Below are positions 6,796 to 15,035 of a stretch of DNA of 64,000 nt, in pieces. The notes under the pieces were generated by a model. That model made no database searches and was not told the DNA's origin. It saw nothing but the letters and a program-made list of their open reading frames with translations. The translations under genes and the position numbers were made by a program. Source of the DNA: a virus. Numbering within the stretch: position 1 is the stretch's first letter; every line of letters begins with the position of its first letter. The stretch lies in IMG/VR virus record IMGVR_UViG_3300047160_000733. One strand, 5' to 3'.

Positions 6796-7623
6796 CTACG
6801 GTTGGAAATCGCATCGGGCTTTCAAATATCCCAGTGGGTAGTCCTTACCGTTAAGCATTTTATACATCTTAATTTCATTCTCTGTTGGTGACAGGTAGTC
6901 CTCAAAGGAATCAAATAGGTCATCATACTTACCAAAGGATTGTTTGTACCCTTTATCAATGTACCCCTTAGATGGAACGTAGTCATAATGGGACTGTTTA
7001 AATGTTGTTACTCCTTCCTCAGATTCAAAACTTAGGCAAGTACCATCCCAACGTATATCACACCCTTGACGGTGATGGAGGTAATAGTGGGAGGAGTATC
7101 CTTCACCGCGCCGAGCTATGTCATACACGAACCTATTTGAATCGTGCATCCCAAGACGTGTCAGTAATTCCTTGTGCATCTGAGACAATCTTTTGTGTTT
7201 TATTTCACCGAATGTGAAGTATCCCTCGATAACCTCCTCTGCTTCAGACAGGCACTCCTCAAGTATTTCAGACACCTCATCAGACATCTCCCCGCTAGAC
7301 AAGGCTAATGATATGTTCTTGTGGATAAGGCACATCTTGTCATGCAGGGTGGAAGCTGTATCCTCCAGCCTTTCAGCATACTCTTCATACTCTAGACAAT
7401 CCGACACAGGAACCTCAAACCCTGATAGATAGTCTCCCTCCCTAGTTATATCTTCTTCTTCACTACGGGACATCTCTTTTACTGCTGACTCTATTGCAGA
7501 TTGGGTTTTCCTCAGCTCAGATACAGGCATCACTGGGCATTTATAGTAGTTGTTTGCTGTATGCTCTATGCCGCCTAGAATGTGGAAGTTTTGAACAGGT
7601 GTTGAGTTATTCTTAATGCTCAT
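6796..7623 (-). CDS. hypothetical highly acidic protein
   Basis: 275-aa ORF rich in D/E (EEEDITREGD, SEAEEVIEG, DDLFDSFEDY). Confidence 0.75.
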   Translation of the reverse strand: MSIKNNSTPVQNFHILGGIEHTANNYYKCPVMPVSELRKTQSAIESAVKEMSRSEEEDITREGDYLSGFEVPVSDCLEYEEYAERLEDTASTLHDKMCLIHKNISLALSSGEMSDEVSEILEECLSEAEEVIEGYFTFGEIKHKRLSQMHKELLTRLGMHDSNRFVYDIARRGEGYSSHYYLHHRQGCDIRWDGTCLSFESEEGVTTFKQSHYDYVPSKGYIDKGYKQSFGKYDDLFDSFEDYLSPTENEIKMYKMLNGKDYPLGYLKARCDFQP

Positions 7624-7684
7624 GTACGGCCTCTGGTTGTGTTTAGTTTCATCGGTATGGTGATTGTATATCTTTAAGTGTTTA

Positions 7685-7713
7685 AATGCAACAGCGGGCC
7701 TCTGAGAGCCCGC
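7685..7713 (-). terminator. possible terminator
   Basis: Minus RNA GCGGGC-TCTCAGAG-GCCCGC followed by TGTTGCATTT. The U tract is weak. Confidence 0.35.
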
Positions 7714-7731
7714 ATTTAGTGTTATGATACC

Positions 7732-8010
7732 TTAATCTCTCAACTCGTAACCTAGGAGGGAGATAATGTTGAATAGCTTATCCATACGGGCCTCTAAGAC
7801 CTTATCAGGTAGGAGCTTATCATTGGTTGGCTTGTATTCCACCATGAAGCTATCGTAGGACAGGGTGTCCTCGATGAATGTTAGGTCAGTATCGTAACAG
7901 AACTCACGAATACGGCCTTCCAGTTCTTGCTTAGTGACCAAAGGTCTAATACCTTCCTTGAGGTCAAGTCGTCGGGTGCGGGCCCGCACTTCTATTCCAT
8001 ACTTACTCAT
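7732..8010 (-). CDS. hypothetical protein
   Basis: 92-aa ORF. Confidence 0.65.
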   Translation of the reverse strand: MSKYGIEVRARTRRLDLKEGIRPLVTKQELEGRIREFCYDTDLTFIEDTLSYDSFMVEYKPTNDKLLPDKVLEARMDKLFNIISLLGYELRD

Positions 8011-8012
8011 GA

Positions 8013-8318
8013 TTAACCCTCCCCTTGAAAAATTAAATCAGGGTATTCCTTGCTAATGTGGATCTGTAGCCAAGTGAATGCCTCTGCAACATGCCGCCGT
8101 GACATCTGTGTTTGCCCACTACCCTCAATATAGAATTTGAAGAATGAGTTCGCACTCTCAACCAATCTTACAAATGGGTATACCTCCCCCAAAGCTGCCT
8201 TGATCTTATTCTCGATTTCAAACATCGCACTAAAACCAAGATCAATCTCTGTATCCTCATCCAACATATATTTCAAGACTTGTGTAGTCATTGAGATATC
8301 CGCCTTGATAAGTTCCAT
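8013..8318 (-). CDS. hypothetical protein
   Basis: 101-aa ORF. Its start shares TAATG with the upstream small ORF. Confidence 0.65.
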   Translation of the reverse strand: MELIKADISMTTQVLKYMLDEDTEIDLGFSAMFEIENKIKAALGEVYPFVRLVESANSFFKFYIEGSGQTQMSRRHVAEAFTWLQIHISKEYPDLIFQGEG

Positions 8319-8497
8319 TATTTCACCTTCTTGTTGGGGTTATCGTGCAACGTATAACGGAAGTAGGCCATGTTGCGTGATGCCTTAACACCGTAGTAGG
8401 TGGGATGACCATATCCAAATACCCATCCGGTAAAGATCAGTGTGTATTCCCACAGTCGCCATACAGAACGACGATAGAATTGTTTAACGTCATGCAT
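8318..8497 (-). CDS. small hypothetical membrane protein (59 aa, below ORF-track cutoff)
   Basis: Hand translation: MHDVKQFYRRSVWRLWEYTLIFTGWVFGYGHPTYYGVKASRNMAYFRYTLHDNPNKKVK. AGAGGA RBS. Translationally coupled at both ends. Confidence 0.5.
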   Translation of the reverse strand: MHDVKQFYRRSVWRLWEYTLIFTGWVFGYGHPTYYGVKASRNMAYFRYTLHDNPNKKVK

Positions 8498-8696
8498 CGC
8501 TTTTATCCTCTTTCTTGATTTGTGTGATTACAATATCCGTGGCCCCGTTTAATGCTAGTGTTGCTCGGATCTCTTCCATTAAAGACTTCTCTGTACGCCA
8601 GCGCCAGAATTGGTACAACTTGAATGAGTATTCCAGATCCTGTGTTGCTACCACTCCAAGTACCTTATACTCTGCTTTGAACTGTAATGCAATCAT
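8490..8696 (-). CDS. hypothetical protein
   Basis: ORF-track 8490..8717 trimmed to the ATG at 8696 (MIALQFKAEYK...) behind TAGGAGA. This removes the overlap with 8705..9250. Confidence 0.6.
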   Translation of the reverse strand: MIALQFKAEYKVLGVVATQDLEYSFKLYQFWRWRTEKSLMEEIRATLALNGATDIVITQIKKEDKSDA

Positions 8697-8704
8697 AATT
8701 TCTC

Positions 8705-9250
8705 CTATCCAATCCAAACATGGATGTCTATGTCTTTATCCGCAAAGAACTCTTCGCGATCCTTTTCACCAATATAGTAAGGTTGACAACGAGCCAAATC
8801 AGTAAAGAACTCTACAGCCTCATCACCCTTAGGTCGGCGTGTTACTACACCGATCTTGTGCCCCTCTTGGATTACAATTGTTGCCAATTGCTTCGCTAGG
8901 TTTACATCCTTGCAGAATAAACCCTCGAAGTCAATAGCTATGTTAAGCTTCTTATCTTTATACTCCTTATCTGGGCGTAGACGGGAGAAATCAGAACAGC
9001 GTTTGATAAGCTCTTCAGCCCGCTGGTTGATCTTACGAGAACCGATATGCCAGTGTACCATCATCACAGAGATTACTGTGGTAGCCGATATGACAGCCGT
9101 TGGATACAAGTTTTCATTGAACATACCAGCCGTATTGGTGATCAATGCTACAACAGACACACATGAAGCGATAACGGCGTACCCTATAAAACACAACCAC
9201 CCAAAATAAAGTGGGAGTTTCACCGCCCACCAAATAATACTCTTAAACAT
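8705..9250 (-). CDS. hypothetical membrane protein with soluble C-terminal domain
   Basis: About three N-terminal TM helices. The C-terminal part has a DxDx-like IAIDFEGLF segment, a degenerate HAD-like motif that I am not confident of. Confidence 0.65.
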   Translation of the reverse strand: MFKSIIWWAVKLPLYFGWLCFIGYAVIASCVSVVALITNTAGMFNENLYPTAVISATTVISVMMVHWHIGSRKINQRAEELIKRCSDFSRLRPDKEYKDKKLNIAIDFEGLFCKDVNLAKQLATIVIQEGHKIGVVTRRPKGDEAVEFFTDLARCQPYYIGEKDREEFFADKDIDIHVWIG

Positions 9251-9549
9251 TTCCGGCCCCCCTCGACTCTCATGTTACACATTCGTGACTTTATCCACAG
9301 TACGGTTGCTTTGCAACCTCTCCACAATGCTACGCTGGATCACCTAACAATTCAACTCTTTTCACACTAAATCCTTCCAGATTTTGTAGTACACCCTAAA
9401 GATCTTTTAAAGATCTCTTATAATTTAGGAGTGTAACGAGTAAATTATATAAAGTAATAACGAGCGTATGCGAGTTATAGAGTTGTGGGTTATCTAGTAT
9501 TAATATACTGTCCCTTTTTGGGGACACACGCTTTTGTTGTCCCCTTCTA

Positions 9550-9951
9550 CTACAACTTCTCAATCTTCCCCGTGTACAGATACACCAGTGATTGGAGAGT
9601 GCCTTCAGTATGCCCTCCCGACCAATGGACACATAGACTGGAGCACAAGTCAAGAATAAGTTCCTCTACTTCTCCCCAGTTGTTATCATTCAAAAGCTTT
9701 AACATCTTACGCTCTGCCTCTGTTGGCTCAGAAGGATACAGAAATGTTTCAAAATCTACCAATTCTGTTACCTCCCCGTTCATGTCTTTAGGGTCATGGG
9801 CCAACTTTGATAGGTTAAAACCTCGGGTATTGATCAGGGATGTGTACACATAATCCTGTACAGGTTCCCCATCCGGAACATGGGTGAGGTAGATTTTAAG
9901 GTCTACCCCCAACCGACCAATATATAATTCATGGGTGATATTGTACATCAT
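9550..9951 (-). CDS. hypothetical protein
   Basis: 133-aa ORF starting 6 nt after the VWA gene stop. Confidence 0.7.
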   Translation of the reverse strand: MMYNITHELYIGRLGVDLKIYLTHVPDGEPVQDYVYTSLINTRGFNLSKLAHDPKDMNGEVTELVDFETFLYPSEPTEAERKMLKLLNDNNWGEVEELILDLCSSLCVHWSGGHTEGTLQSLVYLYTGKIEKL

Positions 9952-9956
9952 TTCTC

Positions 9957-11552
9957 CTATTTGGCGTAACGATCAAAGTTCAGGGCTTTTCCGAACGGAG
10001 CTTGCCAAGAATCGTTGTTGAAGATAACCCACAGAGTGTTCTTGTATTTTTGACTCCACTTCTTACCTTTGTCATCCACACCCTCTTTTACTGAACCGAA
10101 GTAACCGTCCGTGAAGATGATGATCTGGTCGCAATCCTTGATCTCGCTATCAACAAACTTAAATGCACAGTGGCAATCCGTCCCGCCGGACGTAGTGATC
10201 TTGTACTTGACCAACTCTTTTATGTTCTTACGATCATACTTCTGTGGGTTAGCCGCGAATGTTGACCAACAGAACAGAGTGATCTCGAACTCATCAAACT
10301 GACTACCAAAGCCGGAAACCTCTGACCAAACCTTATTAAGTAATGCATCTGTGAATGAACCGGACACGTCGATGCCGATAGCTACACGGATTGTCTTACG
10401 TTTCGACTTGGAAGGCAACACAATACGCTGTGTGTTCTTAATTGCTCCACGGGCACGTAGTACACGTGTTAGCGACCCAGACCGACGGTGGGGCTTCTGG
10501 TACGTAATCTTCGTCCGGCGCATAGATGACAGGCGCTTGATCAGGTATTCAACATAGTTGATCTTTGGCTTAGTCAGAGTTTTAACTAATTCACGCGCTT
10601 CAGGTGGAGCTCCGGCACCCGCCGCTGTGGTAGCATTCACGATAGCTCGTTTCATAGATTCATCGTTGGAGTGCTTTTGGTCCTCCGTTAATCGAGGTTC
10701 AACAGAAGAGTCGATCCCCAAAGCCTTACCAACTTCATTGTTGGTGACATAATCGTCGTCACTATCACCTTGCTCGCCACCTCCGCTAGATGGTGTACCT
10801 GCGCCATGTCCTGACTCACATTTTGGTCCATCAGATTTCTGATTTGTAGGTGTGCCATCGCCCGCGCCCATATGGAAGTCATTACTCATCTTCCCTTTGG
10901 TATCTTTGTTCTTACTCATCAGATCTGTGTAGATCTGCTCTGCCGTCCAACCATCATACTTGTGGTTGATATAGATCTGGGCAAAAGATTCGAACTCTTT
11001 ACCCTCTTCAAAGGTATCCTGCCCCTTCTTGAACCAAGGGTTTCGGCTCATCGCGCAGGATTCCGCATGAGTCTGGATCAAGTCTCCGTTGATATAATAG
11101 TCAGCAGCAATGTTAAACATCACCGGATCGTAGCCCTTACCACGACTTAAGTGGTCACAGATAACGTGACGGACTTCATGCTCAAGGAAGAAGATAACTT
11201 CTTTCAGTGTCTTACGCTTGTAGAAGACATCAATTGACTTCTGGATCTTCTTTTTCTTCTTATCTGACACATTCATCTGAGAGATACGCTGTGAAACATT
11301 GTCCTTACGTTCATCACAGAACCCAGCAATGAATTCAGGGTTAAAGATAATGTCTCGACCATTTGTCGCAATAGTTGGTAGCCAACGGGTATCTGCATAC
11401 ACAGGCATGTTGCTCAACAACGTACCATAGAATGGGCGGTAACGCATAAGCTGGATCTTGGCTGCTTCAATCAGTCGGAATGCTTCTTTCGTTGTTCCCT
11501 TGATTAGGTCGCGCTCGTCTTCTGTCATCAATGCCGGATCGTTGTTTTTCAT
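9957..11552 (-). CDS. VWA-domain protein with N-terminal HExxH metallopeptidase-like domain
   Basis: HEVRH motif (FFLEHEVRHVICDHL). G/S/D-rich linker. C-terminal MIDAS motif DxSGS (IGIDVSGSF). Lies downstream of the AAA+ gene. Confidence 0.85.
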   Translation of the reverse strand: MKNNDPALMTEDERDLIKGTTKEAFRLIEAAKIQLMRYRPFYGTLLSNMPVYADTRWLPTIATNGRDIIFNPEFIAGFCDERKDNVSQRISQMNVSDKKKKKIQKSIDVFYKRKTLKEVIFFLEHEVRHVICDHLSRGKGYDPVMFNIAADYYINGDLIQTHAESCAMSRNPWFKKGQDTFEEGKEFESFAQIYINHKYDGWTAEQIYTDLMSKNKDTKGKMSNDFHMGAGDGTPTNQKSDGPKCESGHGAGTPSSGGGEQGDSDDDYVTNNEVGKALGIDSSVEPRLTEDQKHSNDESMKRAIVNATTAAGAGAPPEARELVKTLTKPKINYVEYLIKRLSSMRRTKITYQKPHRRSGSLTRVLRARGAIKNTQRIVLPSKSKRKTIRVAIGIDVSGSFTDALLNKVWSEVSGFGSQFDEFEITLFCWSTFAANPQKYDRKNIKELVKYKITTSGGTDCHCAFKFVDSEIKDCDQIIIFTDGYFGSVKEGVDDKGKKWSQKYKNTLWVIFNNDSWQAPFGKALNFDRYAK

Positions 11553-11565
11553 AGTTCATTCTCCA

Positions 11566-11596
11566 TAAAGAAAAAGGGACATCATTTAGATGTCCC
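11566..11596 (-). terminator. rho-independent terminator/attenuator between the ATPase and VWA genes
   Basis: Minus RNA GGGACATC-TAAAT-GATGTCCC followed by TTTTTCTTT. Confidence 0.6.
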
Positions 11597-11629
11597 ATTA
11601 TTGCATATCCTACTATGTTGTCAACTTAT

Positions 11630-12829
11630 TTATTCTGATTCTGACATCAGGTCGCCGTAGCGCTCTTGGTAGGTATCCAAGATATCAACAAGTGTGTCTG
11701 AGCTTGCCAACAGTTTTGGTTTCAACTTACCACGTTTAGGGTTCGCTTCCAATACAGCCGGATATACCGTTGCCTTCTTGAACAGGTTAATTGTCACAGC
11801 TGTGATGATATCCATCTGCTCTGCTGCATAGTTGTGGAACATGAAGGTTAAGAAGTTACCAACACGTTCAACCAGCTCATCGTCGGTATAAACATCGTCT
11901 AAAGCTTCCTTACGGAGCTGTGACAAGGCACTCTGAGACAGAACATACAACAAGTCCACTTCAGAACGAGCAATTGAGTGGTCCTTCAAAGACCCATCCA
12001 GAACTTCACTCAGTGTAGGTAAAGATTTTGTACGTTGGTTATACGCCAACACTTCAGAATCCATACCATTGCCAAGGACACCTTGAAGCCCAATGGATGC
12101 AATGACTTCATTAATCACCCCAGTTTGGAACTCAGTCAGGATTTTACCACCCTTCACGTTGGAGCGCGGGGTACAGTAAGAAGTACCGCTTGACTCGTCA
12201 ATTTGATCACCAGTGTAGAACTTATCTGGGTGATTCTTTAGGAAGCCGATCATTGTCGGGTTAACATCGTTAGGGATAGCGTAATCTTCGATCCACACAT
12301 CCAGATCATAACGCAACTCACAAATGATCATACGGTTAGCCAGAGGCAGCAGTAGGTTGTTAACGGCACCGCCGTCGCCCTCACGGTTCCCTGCGCCAAC
12401 AACAATAGCACCTTTAGGGAATTTCATTGAACCGATCTTACGGTCTTCCATAGCCTGATAACCTACATGCTGGCTTGCCTCATCGGCGTTTGTAAGTTCA
12501 TCAAGGAAGATAATACCTTCCCAGTCCGGATCTGTAGGCCAGAAGTCAGGGACCGCATAGACTGTACGAACTTGTGCCTCTCCATTGATCACCACGTCAA
12601 CGGGAACCTGTACACCCGCCAAGTCTGTTGGCTCTTTATCAGAGAAACGGATATCCACTAGGTTGTTACCGATGTTGTTTGGGAACAGAATGTCAGCAAT
12701 TTGCTGCATCTTTTGAGATTTCCCTACACCTGCGCCGCCATAAAAGAAGACCCCTGAATTTAGTCGCTGTGCCATCTGCACCATATCAAGCATTTGACGT
12801 ACTGAAATTGTGTGGTTGAACATAGCCAT
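11630..12829 (-). CDS. MoxR/CbbQ-type AAA+ ATPase
   Basis: Walker A GGAGVGKSQ, Walker B IIFLDELTNA, VVGAGNREGDGG sensor region. 399 aa, single AAA module. Confidence 0.9.
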   Translation of the reverse strand: MAMFNHTISVRQMLDMVQMAQRLNSGVFFYGGAGVGKSQKMQQIADILFPNNIGNNLVDIRFSDKEPTDLAGVQVPVDVVINGEAQVRTVYAVPDFWPTDPDWEGIIFLDELTNADEASQHVGYQAMEDRKIGSMKFPKGAIVVGAGNREGDGGAVNNLLLPLANRMIICELRYDLDVWIEDYAIPNDVNPTMIGFLKNHPDKFYTGDQIDESSGTSYCTPRSNVKGGKILTEFQTGVINEVIASIGLQGVLGNGMDSEVLAYNQRTKSLPTLSEVLDGSLKDHSIARSEVDLLYVLSQSALSQLRKEALDDVYTDDELVERVGNFLTFMFHNYAAEQMDIITAVTINLFKKATVYPAVLEANPKRGKLKPKLLASSDTLVDILDTYQERYGDLMSESE

Positions 12830-12868
12830 GCTTATATTTCCCTCTTTAGTTTATTAGTTTAAGCGGGG

Positions 12869-12877
12869 ATTATAACA
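12869..12877 (-). promoter_or_regulatory. possible extended -10 promoter
   Basis: Minus strand TGtTATAAT embedded in the hairpin GGGGAT-GTTATA-ATCCCC. Confidence 0.35.
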
Positions 12878-12926
12878 TCCCCTGTACACAGTTATTAGCT
12901 ATTTGTGCTATTTATTGGGGGTTGAA

Positions 12927-13196
12927 TCAGTCTTCCATGACCTCAATCTCTTTAAACCTTACCGAGAAGTATAGGGTGGTATCATTTTCCCCGCAGTCCC
13001 CTGCATAATCATCAGTATCCATGCCCGCCTCCTCTCTGTAGAACGGCAGAATTTCTTTCTTGATATTTAAGCCGTTTATTTTCCCATGACGCAGACTCCA
13101 TACCGAAAAATCTTCATCAGGGAGATCCAAAACAATAGGGAATGTTGCACCAACGAAACCGCGATAACCACCATTGTTCAGTAGTTTAATCTTCAT
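12927..13196 (-). CDS. hypothetical protein (tandem paralogue of 13193..13417)
   Basis: Starts MKIKLLNNGGY; its neighbour starts MKIKILNDGGY. Confidence 0.65.
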   Translation of the reverse strand: MKIKLLNNGGYRGFVGATFPIVLDLPDEDFSVWSLRHGKINGLNIKKEILPFYREEAGMDTDDYAGDCGENDTTLYFSVRFKEIEVMED

Positions 13197-13417
13197 AAAA
13201 TAACTGCCTCCACTCCAAATTTATGACCTTCCACACAAAACGCCCATGCATGTTCTTTATCTAAATCCGTGAAACCTACCGACTCCAAGACATCAGATGA
13301 AATATTAACCACCTTGCTCTTAGGAAATACTTTGGCCCGATCATCTTCCACAACTAATGGAAAGGTGATTCTCCAGTTTGTACTATATCCACCATCATTT
13401 AAGATCTTGATTTTCAT
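13193..13417 (-). CDS. hypothetical protein (tandem paralogue of 12927..13196)
   Basis: Shares the N-terminus MKIK(I/L)LN(D/N)GGY and (T/A)FP(L/I)V. ATGA-coupled on both sides. Confidence 0.65.
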   Translation of the reverse strand: MKIKILNDGGYSTNWRITFPLVVEDDRAKVFPKSKVVNISSDVLESVGFTDLDKEHAWAFCVEGHKFGVEAVIL

Positions 13418-13923
13418 TTCTTATCCCCTTTTATGTTACGGAGTTCTTCCATCTCATGCTCACGAACTACACGGTCAAGAAGAATGTATGCTTTGGCGTA
13501 TTTCTCCCAACGGTAAATATCTTTATCCGTAACCTCTGGTAGACGGTCTAGGTTCTTATTGTCCTTGAGGTCAGCCATTTTCAGACGTGCCGCATCAATA
13601 TCCAAAGAACAACGGTGGATGAATTCCTTATAGCTCTCTCCATCCTTACGAGTTAACTTATCGACAAGGCGGATAACACGGTTGCTGAACATTTCCGAGT
13701 CTACAAGTCCCTGAAGGGTGACGTTCGTATCCTCTACAACGTCATGCATCACCATTGCTGCCGCCAGCTCGTAGTCTCCTGTAGTTGACAGTATGTCTGC
13801 CATGCAACGTAAGGGGTGAAGGATATATGGAGCACCTGCTTTATCTAGCTGGTCTTTATGAGCAGCTGAGGCTAGGATTATCGCATTTTCTAACATACTG
13901 CTTGGTGTTGGTTGTTTGCTCAT
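13414..13923 (-). CDS. HD-domain hydrolase, RelA/SpoT-type small alarmone hydrolase-like
   Basis: YILHPLRCM ... AAMVMHDVVEDT (H..HP / HD..ED signature). Single-domain protein of 169 aa. Confidence 0.8.
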   Translation of the reverse strand: MSKQPTPSSMLENAIILASAAHKDQLDKAGAPYILHPLRCMADILSTTGDYELAAAMVMHDVVEDTNVTLQGLVDSEMFSNRVIRLVDKLTRKDGESYKEFIHRCSLDIDAARLKMADLKDNKNLDRLPEVTDKDIYRWEKYAKAYILLDRVVREHEMEELRNIKGDKK

Positions 13924-13924
13924 T

Positions 13925-14404
13925 TTATTCCCCTTGTGATAACCAGTTTAGTATTTCTTGTCCTCGGTACTCTCCCCCGAACACGTTGAATAGAGTATCC
14001 TTGTTGTTCTTGAACAAGTCAAGGATTTCTTTTCCAATACTTTCATAGTTCTTTTTGTCGAACCACACAACATGCTCACCAGAGTTAACTGGGCCCAACT
14101 CATAACCATTCCGCTTGTGACCTGTCCAACTCACGGTTTTCTTCTTAATGTGGATACGTAGTCCATCCCAATATCCAGCACATCCAGCATTCCCGCAACT
14201 ACAAGACAGGAAGTAATCACTACTCCACCCACGGTTGTAATCAGATGGAGGAGATAAGAATATAGAAATATCTGTATCACCCTTCAAAAATAGTCCGTCA
14301 ACAGTCACATCGATCATTGTCAGTGGGTATTCGATGGTTTCATCATCGTAATCTTTAACCATTTGGGTATTTGTCACTACTGCTAGTTTCTTTAAAGGTC
14401 GCAT
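13925..14404 (-). CDS. hypothetical protein
   Basis: 159-aa ORF, first gene of the leftward block. Contains a CSCGNAGCAGYWDG Cys cluster. Confidence 0.7.
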   Translation of the reverse strand: MRPLKKLAVVTNTQMVKDYDDETIEYPLTMIDVTVDGLFLKGDTDISIFLSPPSDYNRGWSSDYFLSCSCGNAGCAGYWDGLRIHIKKKTVSWTGHKRNGYELGPVNSGEHVVWFDKKNYESIGKEILDLFKNNKDTLFNVFGGEYRGQEILNWLSQGE

Positions 14405-14432
14405 CTTGTTCTCCTTTGTTTAAGTTACGAGC

Positions 14433-14460
14433 ATATTACCTGAAAAATATTTCTGGTCAA
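14433..14460 (-). promoter_or_regulatory. sigma70-type promoter (leftward block)
   Basis: Minus strand TTGACC-N16-TAATAT. Its -35 lies 3 bp from the -35 of the rightward promoter. Confidence 0.55.
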
Positions 14461-14463
14461 TAG

Positions 14464-14492
14464 TTGACTTCAAATAAATATATGGGTATAGT
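14464..14492 (+). promoter_or_regulatory. sigma70-type promoter (rightward block)
   Basis: TTGACT-N17-TATAGT. Confidence 0.65.
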
Positions 14493-14523
14493 CACCTCAT
14501 CAACAAAATACGGGGAACACGAA

Positions 14524-14784
14524 ATGAAGATAGTAAAAGAGACACGCCAAGTTTCAGTTAATACACTGGTTGTTGACGGTAAGAGTTTTGACCTTCATCC
14601 GTGGTCACGTTATATCGCTGTAGACGCTGATGGTGAAGTATGGGAGTATGAGGATGAGCCAGAGAAATACTACCCCAGCATCCAAGCGCCAAGCTGGTAC
14701 AGTCATGGTCGTTGTTATAAGATAACAAGCTTTGCAACTGTAAAAGAAGATTGGGCTAAATCATTAATTAAAATTGGAGAATAA
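14524..14784 (+). CDS. hypothetical protein
   Basis: ORF-track 14464..14784 trimmed to the ATG at 14524 (MKIVKETRQ...). The longer start is the promoter -35 itself. Confidence 0.6.
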   Translation: MKIVKETRQVSVNTLVVDGKSFDLHPWSRYIAVDADGEVWEYEDEPEKYYPSIQAPSWYSHGRCYKITSFATVKEDWAKSLIKIGE

Positions 14785-14785
14785 G

Positions 14786-15034
14786 ATGAAAAAGATTATT
14801 TTGGCAGTTCTGGTAGCAACAGCTCTGGTCGGTTGTACCCCTGAAACAAAAGAAGTAAGTAATAGCTGGGTATTACCTCCAGAATTACAAGACTGTAAGG
14901 TATACGCACTAAAAAATGACACAGGGTCTACCATGAAAGTTGTTGTGTGCCCTAACACACCAAGCTTTGCAACAACCGAGCGACAAGGTAAGGTTGATGT
15001 TGACACAACAGTGATCTATAAACGAGGAGAATAG
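14786..15034 (+). CDS. putative lipoprotein
   Basis: ATG at 14786 behind GGAGA. MKKIILAVLVATALVGC has the lipobox LVGC. Confidence 0.7.
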   Translation: MKKIILAVLVATALVGCTPETKEVSNSWVLPPELQDCKVYALKNDTGSTMKVVVCPNTPSFATTERQGKVDVDTTVIYKRGE

Positions 15035-15035
15035 A

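Noticed and set aside
8705-9250. Active HAD-family phosphatase
   Set aside because: The candidate motif I reads DFEG instead of DxDx(T/V), and I could not find motifs II-IV convincingly. Left as a hypothetical membrane protein.
9396-9853. ORFs 9396..9653 (-) and 9485..9853 (+) in or next to the 9251-9549 gap
   Set aside because: No RBS, improbable composition, overlap with the 9550..9951 gene. The gap is better explained as regulatory (DnaA box, TAAAGATCT repeats, hairpin).
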